Part shown: positions 39,500 to 51,651 of the stretch, piece by piece
Numbering within the stretch: position 1 is the first letter of the stretch
Layout of the letters: each line of letters begins with the position of its first letter
Notes under the pieces: model-generated
Database searches by the model: none
What the model saw: only the letters and a program-made list of their open reading frames with translations
Told to the model about the DNA's origin: nothing
NCBI RefSeq assembly: GCF_006345805.1
Contig: NC_043019.1
Span: 23,621,360-23,685,359, forward strand
Reading direction: 5' to 3'
Length of the DNA: 64,000 nt
Origin: Octopus sinensis
Lineage: Eukaryota
Made by a program: the position numbers and the translations under genes

Positions 39500-40140
39500 G
39501 TTAACCGCGAAACCAATCCTTCAATAAACCAAACATCCTATTCACCGTACAGGGCAAATTCAATACCCATCTGATTAATGTTGACGAATATGTACCCAAG
39601 CCATCAGTAAGATTACAAGTCCACTATCACCCAATCAAATCACTGCAGACTATGTCACAGAATGATATAACGAGACTCTAACAAAGCTGATATCAAGCTT
39701 TGTTAGCGTCTCGTTAAGATGAAGTTCCCACCACCAGCAATTATAAACCCCCCTAAATACAATAGAACGATGAATTTTCTATGGTGTTGCGTATCTTTTA
39801 ACATTGATGCAATATTTTGCGTTACAAGACATTTGCTTTCTTTTATTAGTAAATATTTCCGGGCTTTATTGAATAAGAACAACATAAGCCTTTATATGCC
39901 GAACATGACAAATGCCATTAAACATGACACATAATGAAATCCAATCAAAAGGAACAGCAGCAGATATGCAAATATTAAACTATGAAGCCATGCCTCTAGA
40001 AGCAAATGCTTCGGAACAAAAATAAAAAGTATAAAAACAGATTGATTGCTGGCGAATTGAAGGGTTCTGTCTGACTATATTTGGAGATCAATGGATTAAA
40101 AGGGAAGCACGAAAATTACACGGGAAATACATGATGAAGC
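39500..40140 (+). mobile_element. Old Penelope-like remnant (RT-endonuclease linker)
   Basis: WCCVSFN...HLLSFISKYF...LNKNNISLYMPNMTNAIKH resembles the PLE linker WFNPP....FL.LI.KHF...FN.N....SY..MPN...I..HN; boundaries approximate. Confidence 0.55.
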
Positions 40141-40599
40141 ACCCGTGAGCTTGCACTTATAGAGAAAATCGAACAAGGATGTTTTACAAAAGGAATTATT
40201 TCGATAGAGCGGAGATTAGTTTGCTACATCGATCTCAGTACTTATTTTATCGATTTCGTACAGCCATGAGGGGAGACAGCAGAAGCACGGTAAATACAAC
40301 ATGGTACATTTTGCTCGACGCACTGATTTAGCTATCTTCCGCCGATATTCATAGATACAGGGCTCGCAGATATCCATCCATATTGCTTCTAACAAATCTC
40401 ATCCACATAGGATCGAACCTAGAAACACATAAATAAAGAGCGAACTTCTTAACCATAAAGTTACACACACACACGCACGCACACACACACACACACACAC
40501 ACCACACACACACACCACACACACACCACACTCGCACACACGCACATATATGTATGTGTATGTGTGTGTATATATATATACATTTATAAATATATACAC

Positions 40600-40681
<82 letters not shown>

Positions 40682-41067
40682 GCATGTTTATATATTAAAA
40701 GAATGTAAATATATACATGCATACGTATATAAATGTGTGTGTGGATGCATACAGACACAACCACACACACATTTAGATATATACAATCTGAACGGAATGA
40801 CACTTGGAGGATAAATGAAGGTGCGTACATTAAAATATATCCTTTCACGTACATTATTCTACATCCTTTAAATAGACATGGAGCCATGTCAAGGTAAAGG
40901 ATGTATAGAATATGTATGTTTATTTTAATATATGCACCTTGATTTGTTTTACACCTGGTATTCTGTTGAAGCAATTATGTATGTATCTGTGAATATACAT
41001 ATGTATGTATATATGTATGTATGTATGTATATATACATACATAAATACATATATATCTATCTATCTA

Positions 41068-41137
<70 letters not shown>

Positions 41138-41367
41138 TATATATACATATATACACACACGCACGCACACAGACACACACCTATGAATATACGTATGTAT
41201 GTCTGTGTGTGTGTGGGGGAGTGGTTGTGTGTGTTTGTGTGAGCGGGACTATGCTCCTGTATGCTAGTGCAAAATGGTGCGTTGAGCTCAATTAATTTGT
41301 GTCAAAATTTGACTTAGTCAAATTCATTCCAGTACTTCTGTTTTACTTTGTGTTATGCATAAAATAC

Positions 41368-41634
41368 TGTTTAATTAATACTCAATAATTAATACTCAAT
41401 AATTTAATTACAAATTTGTACATTAAATTTGCATTTATCTGACATGAGCATGATTTCATCAGCAAAAAAAAAAAAAAATTTAAAAAAGGCGTACTTCGAG
41501 ATGTTATATTTTGACCTATTGATTTATCTCAAGGTACATCTTTTTTCCTCTCTGATGAAATTATGCTAATGCCAGATAAATGCAAATTTAATGTAGAAAT
41601 TTGTAATAAAATTATTGAGATTTAATTGAAACGG
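41368..41634. mobile_element. Palindromic fold-back MITE-like element
   Basis: Arms 41395-41462 and 41552-41619 pair at 63 of 68 positions; inner and outer segments also pair imperfectly. Confidence 0.8.
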
Positions 41635-41737
41635 CTGTAAGAAGCGAAGATGACCAATTTATCAATAATAAATAATTCTTAACTTTCTAATCTCCATTTT
41701 CTTTTCTTTCACTGGATATATATATACAAACATATAC

Positions 41738-41770
<33 letters not shown>

Positions 41771-41771
<1 letters not shown>

Positions 41772-42125
41772 TAGCAGTATCGCCCGGCGTTGCTCAGGTT
41801 TGTAAGGGAAATAACTATAAAGCATTTTTGCCAAAAAAATAGCAAAAAAATGGAAAAAAATGATGGTAAATTTTTTTTTAGTTAAAAAAGGTGGAGTTGC
41901 GTCCCCTAGACAGTTTGCGGTTTGTGTTTCTGATTCTCGACCCCATGTCGAATTTATCGATTTTTTTCAGAACTGGGGGAACTTTTCAAAATTTTCGCTG
42001 CGTTAGTTTCGAATTATGACATTGGGCTATGTGTGTGTCAAGTTTCATCAGAATCGGTTGAAAGCCGTGGTCAGGGTGAGGGTACAAGCAAACAGACACA
42101 CAGAAACACGCACAGACAAACTGCC

Positions 42126-42135
<10 letters not shown>
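41771..42135 (-). mobile_element. Non-autonomous Helitron (third copy), embedded in (TA)n
   Basis: CTAGCAGTATCGCCCGGCGTTGCTCAGG...GACAAACTGCCGTTTATATATA on +. Confidence 0.92.
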
Positions 42136-42192
<57 letters not shown>

Positions 42193-42195
42193 ATA

Positions 42196-42449
42196 TAGGG
42201 AAAGTTTACGAAAAAAAACAAAAGACGAAGACAGGTGGTGTACAAAACAAACAGATGTATTAGTATAACGCTCAGGAATAGAAAAAGTATTTTACGTTTC
42301 GAGCCTACGCTCTTCTACAGAAAGGGATACAGAAAAAACAAGGAAAGAAACAAGGAGAGAAAAAAATGTGTGTAGTGGCTAACGATCTATCATGGCGACT
42401 AGTGCCGGACAGAAGGGTCAGACAGGAGAAGGAAAGTAGGGGAGATAAC

Positions 42450-42452
<3 letters not shown>
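42196..42452 (-). mobile_element. (TA)n-flanked PLE terminal fragment carrying a hammerhead-like motif
   Basis: Minus strand 42289-42324 reads CTTT-CTGTAGA-A-GAGC-GTAG-GCTC-GAAA-CG-TA-AAAT. Confidence 0.7.
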
Positions 42453-42511
<59 letters not shown>

Positions 42512-44813
42512 TATATATATATATAGATAGTTATATATATGTTTGTGTGTGTCTGTGTGCGTCCGTGTGTGTATGTATAATCTTTCCCTTCCACTAATTC
42601 CTCATGTCACTTCAGTTAGTTTCTGCAGGTTAAAGTTGTAAACATATAAACACATTAGAAAATGCCAAGAAATTTTAGCGAAATCTCGTTAATCAATCCA
42701 GAAAAATGGAAACGAAACACATTTCATTTAATGCGATCCATGCATATATGCACCAAATAACCAGAACTATTAAAGAGAATACTGACTTTATTCTTTCTAT
42801 TATTAACGCACATCTTCTCATTACATCACACACACACATGGACACACGCACACACACAAATACATACACAAGCACACACATATACACACACGCATTCGCG
42901 CACCCGGTACACACACACATGTGAAATAATAAGGTGTTAAACAAGTTATACAGATCCTAACAAACCAAAGAATAAATATTCCATATCTATCCCCCGGACA
43001 TGATATCATGTTTCTGGAGGCCAGATGTGTAGAAATTTGTATTCACGTGTGTTTCGGTCTTCAACGAATGGCAGAAAGCTTTATACGAGAAAGAAGGCTG
43101 ATTTTATACACATGCCATGCGTCAAGTCATACTGTAATATGTTGTGAACTCACGACACATATTTAGTGCACGCATAACTTCCAGATGCATACCATGTCTG
43201 GGCAACAGACACACACACACACACACCACACACACACAGACGCACACACACACGCACACACACATACACAGACGCACACACACACACACACACAGACATG
43301 CACACACAAGCACACACACACATTCCATATATGTGAGAATAGCTTTTCTTCTATGCATATTTCATTAAATACACGACAATGTTCAACTTTTGTCTTTTGT
43401 ATTTTAGATTTTTCGTGTATTTTGTTATTAGTTTTTGACAGTTTGGAACATTAAAGTTCCTAAATTCCTATTCGATGTTTCTAGATCTTCACAGCCTCAT
43501 TTTGAGAGTTGAACAGATTTGGTGTCTACGTTTCTGTTTGAATTAGTATACGCTTTCTCCTCGAAAGGTTTTTTTGACCACCAAGCTTCTATGTCAGCGG
43601 TTCCATATTGATTTGTTCTGTTCAAATTTTGGGCCATTAGATTTTTATGCTTATCAGCACGTATGAACTGCTTGATGTGTGTTATTTGCGCTATAATTGT
43701 GACATTGTGTTCTGATACGAGTATTGCTTCCACGATTAACTTTCTATTTTTGCGAGGAATTTTATATTATCCTCTTGTGTTTTTCTCTCTAAATTTGCCT
43801 TGTGGTGTGTGGTATAGTTTTGCTACAACAAGCTACTAACAACCAATGTAATCTACAAATTTGATCGTAAAACTGAAAATTGCAAACGTCAGGATTTCAG
43901 ATACTACTATGGACATACTAGAACAACACACTTTCGAAGGTTTACCATGCATTCACAACCAGGAGCGATCGCAAAACATTATACCATATAAAATAAAAAG
44001 AAGATTAAATTAGAAAAATTCTAGAAGATAATACTTTATAAAATGCCAAAATAAAAATAACCATAGATCATTTTTATGAAGTGATGCTCTCATCGCAACA
44101 CAATGCGAAATAAACATTCAGATAACACACATCAAAAAGGTCGGTATAAAAACTGTCTGCTGGTATAAAATCTTAACCGTAAGAATTTGACCGTAGTAGT
44201 AACCTGAGAGCAAAAAAAAAAAAAAAAACTTTGGCGGAAAAGTCCACTTGAATTCAAACGGAAACAACACAGTTTCTTAAAAATTAGACAGTTTAGTTCT
44301 CGAGACATCGATCATAAATTTAGAAACTTGTTTGAAACTAGCAGTAAAAGGACTAACAAGAAAAACACGAAAGATCTAAATAAAAGACTATGCAATTTGA
44401 CATAGTAATGTAGTTCATAAAACATGCCCCCCCCCCACACACACACACGGACGGACGGAAAATGTGGCTCAGAAATAAATTGCCTGGATTTTGGGAAGGC
44501 AAAACAGATAAAAAGCCCTTTTATTTTAAAATAGCTCCGATATGTGCCAGGTTTTTCAAATTTTAGGGTAACAAATGGGAATAGATGTGAGATCCATCAG
44601 TAAAGTTGTTATTTTGAAAGTCTTGCTGTAGATTCTACTTAACGAGAATGGTTGACAAGCATCGGTCGCTTCAAATATTGTGAATGTATTTACTCATTCT
44701 TCAAGATTTGGTTCTCTGATCGTAATCCAATATAGTTAACATTCTTCATCGTTTATGCAGATTCTGTATAATTCCTTCTTACAACGCGAAACACTCTGAC
44801 TATTTTAGACACA

Positions 44814-45230
44814 TACTCTCTTTACTCTCTTTTACTTGTTTCAGTCATTTGACTGCGGCCATGCTGGAGCACCACCTTTTAGTCGAGCAAATCGACCCCG
44901 GGACTTATTCTTTGTAAGCCCAGTACTTATTCTATCGGTCTCTTTTGCCGAACCGCCAAGTGACGGGGACGTAAACACACCAGCATCGGTTGTCAAGCAA
45001 TGCTAGGGGAACAAACACAGACACACAAACACACACACACACATACATATATACATACATATATACGACAGGCTTCTTTCAGTTTCCGTCTACCAAATCC
45101 ACTCACAAGGCATTGGTCGGCCCAGGGCTATAGCAGAAGACACTTGCCCAAGGTGCCACACAGTGGGACTGAACCCGGAACCATGTGGTTGGTTAGCAAG
45201 CTACTTACCACACAGCCACTCCTGCGCCTA
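44814..45230 (-). mobile_element. SINE family A, full length
   Basis: Head TAGGCGCAGGAGTGGCTGTGTGGTAAG through to the (GTAAAAGA)-type tail. Confidence 0.94.
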
Positions 45231-45309
45231 CTCTTTCCATTATGAGATCAAATCCAGACTGGATCACCGTTGGCCTCCATCCTTTCTCCATAAATAAAGG
45301 TACCACTCA

Positions 45310-45590
45310 GCTAATAGGACCGGGTAAACGGTAAAGATCCTCTTCGGTCCTGAATTCGACCATGGGATTGCTTCTCCTCTCCACCCCACCGATGTTATCC
45401 AAGGGAAAGGCAAAGGGCCGATACAGCTCGGAACCAGTGACGTCACAACTCATATCTACAGTTGAGTGAACTGGAGCAACGTGAAATAAAGTGTCTTGCT
45501 CAAGAACACAACACACAGCGCGGTCCGGGAATCGAACTCACTACCTCACGATTGCGAGCCTGACGCTCTAACCACTGAGTCATGCGCGTT
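45310..45590 (-). mobile_element. CORE-type SINE, subtype C1
   Basis: Homologous to 12913-13253 (TTATCCAAGGGAAAG...GTGAACTGGAGCAACGTGAAATAAAGTG...CTCTAACCACTGAG). Confidence 0.88.
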
Positions 45591-45799
45591 CTATGCCAGA
45601 TAAAATATCGAGATGGTCATGGTTGGATTGCCTTTGTTTATATATATATTCGTTCAAGGTTGAATCGGGGGCTAAACAGCAACACTAGATCCGATCGTAT
45701 AAACCTGTCATGTCAAAAAATTTGTCCCAAACCGCACCCATTTTCTTCCAACAAACACTATGAAATCCCCCTGCTCTCCCCCCACCCCTAGATTCTATT

Positions 45800-46215
45800 G
45801 CGTCACATGCCATCGCCACCGCCGCCGCCGCTACCACCCACACATCCATCCTCTCTCCCACACTCACCTCCACCCTCTCCTCTACCCTCACCCCACCCCA
45901 CCCCCACAAGCACAATCACCACCGTTACCACCACCACCGTTACCACCACCACCAACACCACCACCACCACCGCCGCCGCCCACATCTCCACCACCCAGCA
46001 CAACCATCACAACCACCACCATCGCCACCACCACCACCACCACCACCACAACCACCACCACAACCACTACCATCACCACCACCACCACCGCCGCCGCCGC
46101 CCACATCTCCACCACCCAGCACAACCATCACAACCACCACCATCGCCACCACCACCACCACCACCACCACCACCACCACCACACCACCACCACCACCACC
46201 ACCACCGTCACCGCC
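45800..46215. repeat. (CAC)-rich low-complexity tract with internal duplication
   Basis: GCCGCCCACATCTCCACCACCCAGCACAACCATCACAACC occurs twice, 122 bp apart. Confidence 0.9.
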
Positions 46216-46495
46216 ACTCTAACTTGCATTTCTTAGTTTCTTCTTCCTCGTTATTCTCTCATTCCTCGGTTCCCCCCCCCACCGTCTAGCTAAACCCCCC
46301 CCTCTCTTAACCACCAGCATCACCATCGCCATCGCCATCGCCATCATCACCAACACCAATCACATCATCTCTACTGGCTTTTACCACATATTTCACTAAT
46401 TTCAATCCCAGAGTTATTATTATCTATTTCGCTAGACTTAACGTTGTTATCTTAGTAAACATTTCCTCCTGTTTGGCATCGCTTCCTGCTTTTCT

Positions 46496-46555
<60 letters not shown>

Positions 46556-46832
46556 TCTCTCTCTCTCTTTCTCTATCTCTCTCACTCTCTGCATTCATCC
46601 TCTCACCCGCGTTTCATATTTAGTTTTATTTATTAATTTGTTTCTTTAAATTTATATTTTCGATGATTCGAATTTCCGCCGATTTCTTTCTTTCTTTCTT
46701 TCTTTCTTTCTTTTCTAAAGCAGTTTCACTTCAAGAAAAGAAAATGCAAACAAATTTCCATCATATATTAACGCGGAAAATAACAAGAATAAATACAACA
46801 TAAGCAACAACAACAACAGCAACAGTAGTTGC

Positions 46833-46885
<53 letters not shown>

Positions 46886-46963
46886 CGGCGGCTGTGGCAG
46901 CGGCAACAAGTATAAAACAAAGACAAAAATCAAGTTCATGTAAATGAGGATGCAGATAATTAT

Positions 46964-47018
<55 letters not shown>

Positions 47019-47132
47019 TAATAATAATAAAATAATAATAATAATAAAATGAAAAATAGAAAAATCAATATACATACATATACACATACATACATATTTA
47101 TATATATGTATATATATATATATAGTCATTTG

Positions 47133-47164
<32 letters not shown>

Positions 47165-47962
47165 TACAAACACACACACATATCTGTATGTGTGTGTGTG
47201 TGTGTATACACAAAATTAACAAATAATGAAGAAAACAAATCATAAACTAGAAAACCTCCATTTTAACTTTTACTTTTTATATTCATCTTAAAAAGAAAAA
47301 AAAATATATATTTTCCCACCACTTATTTTAAACTTTCTTGTTTTATATGTTTGTGTTTCGTAAGATAATATGTTATAATTATCTTTTCTAAAGTTTTCTT
47401 TCTTTTACTAAATTTTTCCCCTTCATCAAATTACCCAGCGAGTGGGGGTGGGAGCAGTTTCATTTTTCTGTTATTTTCAGTTTTTTTGAGGGCTGCTTTT
47501 GTCCCACCATAACATTGGGCCTTTAGAGTGTGACCTGCATCAAGTGATTCAAAGCAGGATTGCACCAGCACTACAATCCCCTTACTCTATTGCTTTCGTC
47601 AAATTCACAAGAAGTATTGAGGTTAATTTCGTAAACTAACGAAACGGTCGTCAAATATATGGTGCAGCAACAATTATTTAGACTGGCATGAATTCGGTTG
47701 TTGAGAGTTGACAGTTTTGTCTGTTGATTCTCTGAAAAGGCAGTGTTTGAGGTGTTCTCGTCTCGGAAGAGTTAAGTAAATTGAGCGGTAAAAGAATTGA
47801 AGTTGCCTTTTCTTTTAAATTATAGGACCAATGAGATATGAAAATCCGCACAGACGTATATATATATATATATACATAATAAATATTAGGGAATAAATCC
47901 AAATTTACAGGGAAAAAATCAGATTTAGGATTAAATCCAATTTTATAGTAAAATATTATATA

Positions 47963-48188
47963 ATATTAATTCGAGACAAAACCACTATTTTGCAAAACAA
48001 ACAAGGAAAGACTTAATCAATACATAAAAATTTTTAATATAAAGAAATAAACCGCCACTACAATCGTTCATGTCTTCAATGACATTCGTCAGGTGGATTT
48101 TCGATCTCCTAATCTGTTTTAATTTATGTATTGATTAAGTCTTTCCTTGTTTGTTTTGCAAAATAGTGGTTTTGTCTCGAATTAATAT
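47963..48188. repeat. Perfect 66-bp inverted repeat enclosing a hammerhead-like motif
   Basis: 47963-48028 is the exact reverse complement of 48123-48188; minus strand 48055-48096 reads CCAC-CTGACGA-ATGTC-ATTGAA-GACAT-GAA-CGATTG-TA-GTGG. Confidence 0.9.
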
Positions 48189-48202
48189 ATATATTATATA
48201 TA

Positions 48203-48281
<79 letters not shown>

Positions 48282-48302
48282 ATATGTATGTATGTATGTA
48301 TA

Positions 48303-48466
48303 TTTCCTTGGATCTTTCCTTTTCCCAAGTTTCTGACGAAGAGCTCCGCTTGAAGCGTTAAATCCTCCTTCTTTCTTTCCTTTTCTGAGCGTCCAATAAC
48401 ACTATACTTGTTCCACGTCCCCGCGTTGTTGCGTTTTCTCTTTGTATTTTCATGTTTGGATTAACT
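48303..48466 (+). mobile_element. PLE terminal fragment with decayed hammerhead motif
   Basis: TTT-CTGACGA-A-GAGC-TCC-GCTT-GAAG-CG-TT-AAA; the tail is homologous (inverted) to 26548-26605. Confidence 0.6.
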
Positions 48467-48530
48467 ACACACACACACACCACACACACACACCACACAC
48501 AAACGTCTCTCCAAGTTTATTTGTGTGTTC

Positions 48531-48566
48531 CTTTCTGTTGAAGAGCGTAGGCTCGAAACGTAAAAG
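48531..48566 (+). ncRNA. Minimal type I hammerhead ribozyme-like motif (variant core)
   Basis: CTTT-CTGTTGA-A-GAGC-GTAG-GCTC-GAAA-CG-TA-AAAG: stems I and II pair, helix III is palindromic, core is CUGUUGA rather than CUGANGA. Confidence 0.6.
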
Positions 48567-48637
48567 ACTTTTCTCACTTCCCGAGCGTTAAAGTAATACA
48601 TCTGTTTGTTGTTTACACACCCGTCTTCGTCTTTTGT

Positions 48638-48695
<58 letters not shown>

Positions 48696-48884
48696 TTGAA
48701 ATTTGCAGAAAAACAAAAGACGAAGACAGGTGTATGAGCAACAAACAGGTGTATTAGTTTGACACTCTACTCAAACTGTGCTCTCTACGCATTCTGATCG
48801 AATTCTGGGTGTTTTAATAAGTGGTACTGAACCGGGAACCATGTGATTGGGAACCAAACTGCCTACCATGCTGCTACGCTTGAT

Positions 48885-48964
<80 letters not shown>

Positions 48965-49055
48965 ACACACACACACTCACACACACACATACATATATAA
49001 AGATAAATATGTATATGTATGTATATATATGTATGTTCGTATATATGTGTGTATG

Positions 49056-49093
<38 letters not shown>

Positions 49094-49498
49094 AAGATAA
49101 GACCGAGGGATCCGAGTAAGAAGTTTGTAAACTTCAAGCAGTCCGTGGCAGGTGTAGAGAACAAAATCTGGCCAGAGTACGACAGAGTACGACAATAGCA
49201 ATTTATTGGTATCGAAAGTTACACACTTTCTCTCCTACTGAAGTTACGAGGAAATTCGATGAGCTGATAATATCTATGTAACTCACGAATGCGAAAAAAA
49301 CCCCTAAATCGTGGGAATGGAAAGGTAAAATGCAAGCTACATATGTTTCTTAGCTAACTGATTCTCTGATGTAACAGTTAGTCAAAGAGGGGTTCTCAAC
49401 TTAGCTAATCATCACGCTGAAATTACCTTAATTAAATGAAGGTTACATTGTCGCTTGGAATTTCCAAGTTAACTCATCGCAGATGTGAGTTATACGTA

Positions 49499-49547
<49 letters not shown>

Positions 49548-49754
49548 TATAAATATCTTGTAAATATAATGAAAATACTTTTTGCATAGACCACCCCTCC
49601 GCTACGAGCCCAGTAATAATGAAAGGAATTAATGAAGCAGTAATATAATGAATATAATGAAATGTAATGACTGTTAAACCTAATGGAATGTAGAAAATAA
49701 AATCACGACACATGTATCAAACTAAATACATACATATATATGAACTGGATGGAA

Positions 49755-50107
49755 GCCCTCCGTCGGTTACGACGATGAGGGTTCCGGTTGATCCGAATCA
49801 ACGGAACAGCCTGCTCGTGAAATTAACGTGTAAGTGGCTGAGCACTCCACAGACACGTGCACCCTTAACGTAGTTCTCGGGGATATTCAGCGTGACACAG
49901 AGAGTGACAAGGCCGGCCCCTTGAAATACAGGTACAACAGAAACAGGAAGTAAGAGTGAGAGAAAGCTGTGGTGAAAGAGTACAGCAGGGATCACCACCA
50001 TCCCCTACCGGAGCCTCGTGGAGCTTTTAGGTGTTTTCGCTCAATAAACACTCACAACGCCCGGTCTAGGAATCGAAACCGCGATCCTATGACCGCGAGT
50101 CTGCTGC
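49755..50107 (-). mobile_element. SINE family D (own middle region, C2-type tail)
   Basis: Head GGATCGCGGTTTCGATTCC..GACCGGGCGTTGTGAGTG as at 27850; 3' half matches the tail of the copy at 22151. Confidence 0.85.
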
Positions 50108-50299
50108 GATGCGGAAAGCGAAACTAGAAAACCGGGAAGAAAATATCAACGGTTTTCTGTTATCCTGCTTTTGCTTGTAAAAGATTTTTCAGAGTCTAAT
50201 AACCGAGGCTTAACATTTAAAATAATTTAAAATCAACTTGAAGATATGAGAATCATAGTATTATGAGAAATACCTTGCAAATATACGCACGCCCACATA

Positions 50300-50334
50300 A
50301 TACACACACACACGCACATACACACACACGCACG

Positions 50335-50427
<93 letters not shown>
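50300..50427. repeat. (CA)n microsatellite
   Basis: Read directly. Confidence 0.96.
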
Positions 50428-50432
<5 letters not shown>

Positions 50433-51431
50433 AACGTATAGGCGGATGTATAGAAATTATGAATGTGTGTGTGTGTATTTATAGAATTTTTATCGCCAAG
50501 TCAGGTGTGTGTGTGAATGGTGGGGTCAGTATCCATGATTCTTTTCAAAGCTTCCAAGGAGTGATGGGACGAAGATATCAGCAACAGGAGGTGTAAATAT
50601 GCACCCATGGATCAGGTGGGGGTGGGGGTGGGGTGAAACTGGGCCATGGATCATGTCTATCCCACTAAGTAGGCCAGTGGGGTATTTGAACTTAAAACGC
50701 AAACATCCGGAATAAATACCACAAGTTATCCTCTCCAAAGTTCCAAAGTTCCAAAGGTTCCTGTATTTACTTCCCCACCTCCTCAACACATACCTAGCCC
50801 GGCTGCTACTTTATTTATCAAATCTCGAAGGCTGAAGACAATGTTGACCCTCGGTATGATTTGAACCTAGAACATAATAAACCCGGGATAAATACGGCAA
50901 GGGCAGTTTGTCTTTTACCCCAAAGACTCAGTTTAATCATTGCCTCACTCTACTCTTAAGTATTTGCTTTCAGCTTTATTTAATGAAACTCTACTCTGGA
51001 GACATTTCATTAGAAAAATAAACCCATATCAAATGATGAACCTTGTTGTTGTTTTTGTTGTGCAAGATGACAGGTTTTACATATTTTCATAGTTTTGTGT
51101 AAATTCATTGAATTCCAGTCATTTAAAATAATTGTTTGGTCTTTATTCGGGGAGATTTTGTATACCAGGCGGGATGAACACACGTTTTGTAACCTGACGA
51201 AATATACTAATGACTATAGCATTAAATGCGAACCTATTCATTTCCATCAAGTCCAGTCCGATATGATGCGGATAGAACTCAGAAGCTGAGCGCTTCTATA
51301 ACAGCTTATCCCATATTAATTAAAATTAATCTCGGAACTGCAAGCTAAGTTAAGGGGCGGGGTAAAGTAAGTACGGATTTAAAATCTTATAATAATGAGT
51401 TATGCCCGTTTACGCCCTGACTTCAAATTCC

Positions 51432-51651
51432 TATTTCTTTACTACCCACAAGGGGATAAACACAGAGAGGACAAACGGATCAAGTCGATTATATCGACCC
51501 CAGTGCGTAACTGGTACTTATTTAATCGACCCCGAAAGGATGAAAGGCAAAGTCGACCTCGGTGGAATTTGAACTCAGAACGTAACGGCAGACGAAATAC
51601 GGCTACGCATTTCGTCCGGCGTTCTAACGTTTCTGCCAGCTCGCCGCCTTT
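51432..51651 (-). mobile_element. SINE family B, full length with 16-bp TSD
   Basis: TSD CCTGACTTCAAATTCC at 51416-51431 and 51652-51667. Confidence 0.94.

Noticed and set aside
43460-44400. Possible ancient LINE relic (similar hints at 12500-12900, 14850-15480, 24150-24470, 26850-27250)
   Set aside because: Motif traces are too weak to assign a clade or boundaries by eye; needs RepeatMasker or tBLASTn.
46715-46945. Pyrimidine tract plus N/S-rich open frame on the + strand
   Set aside because: The tract is a (TTTC)n microsatellite and the frame is mostly (AAC)/(AGT) repeats; cannot be supported without RNA data.
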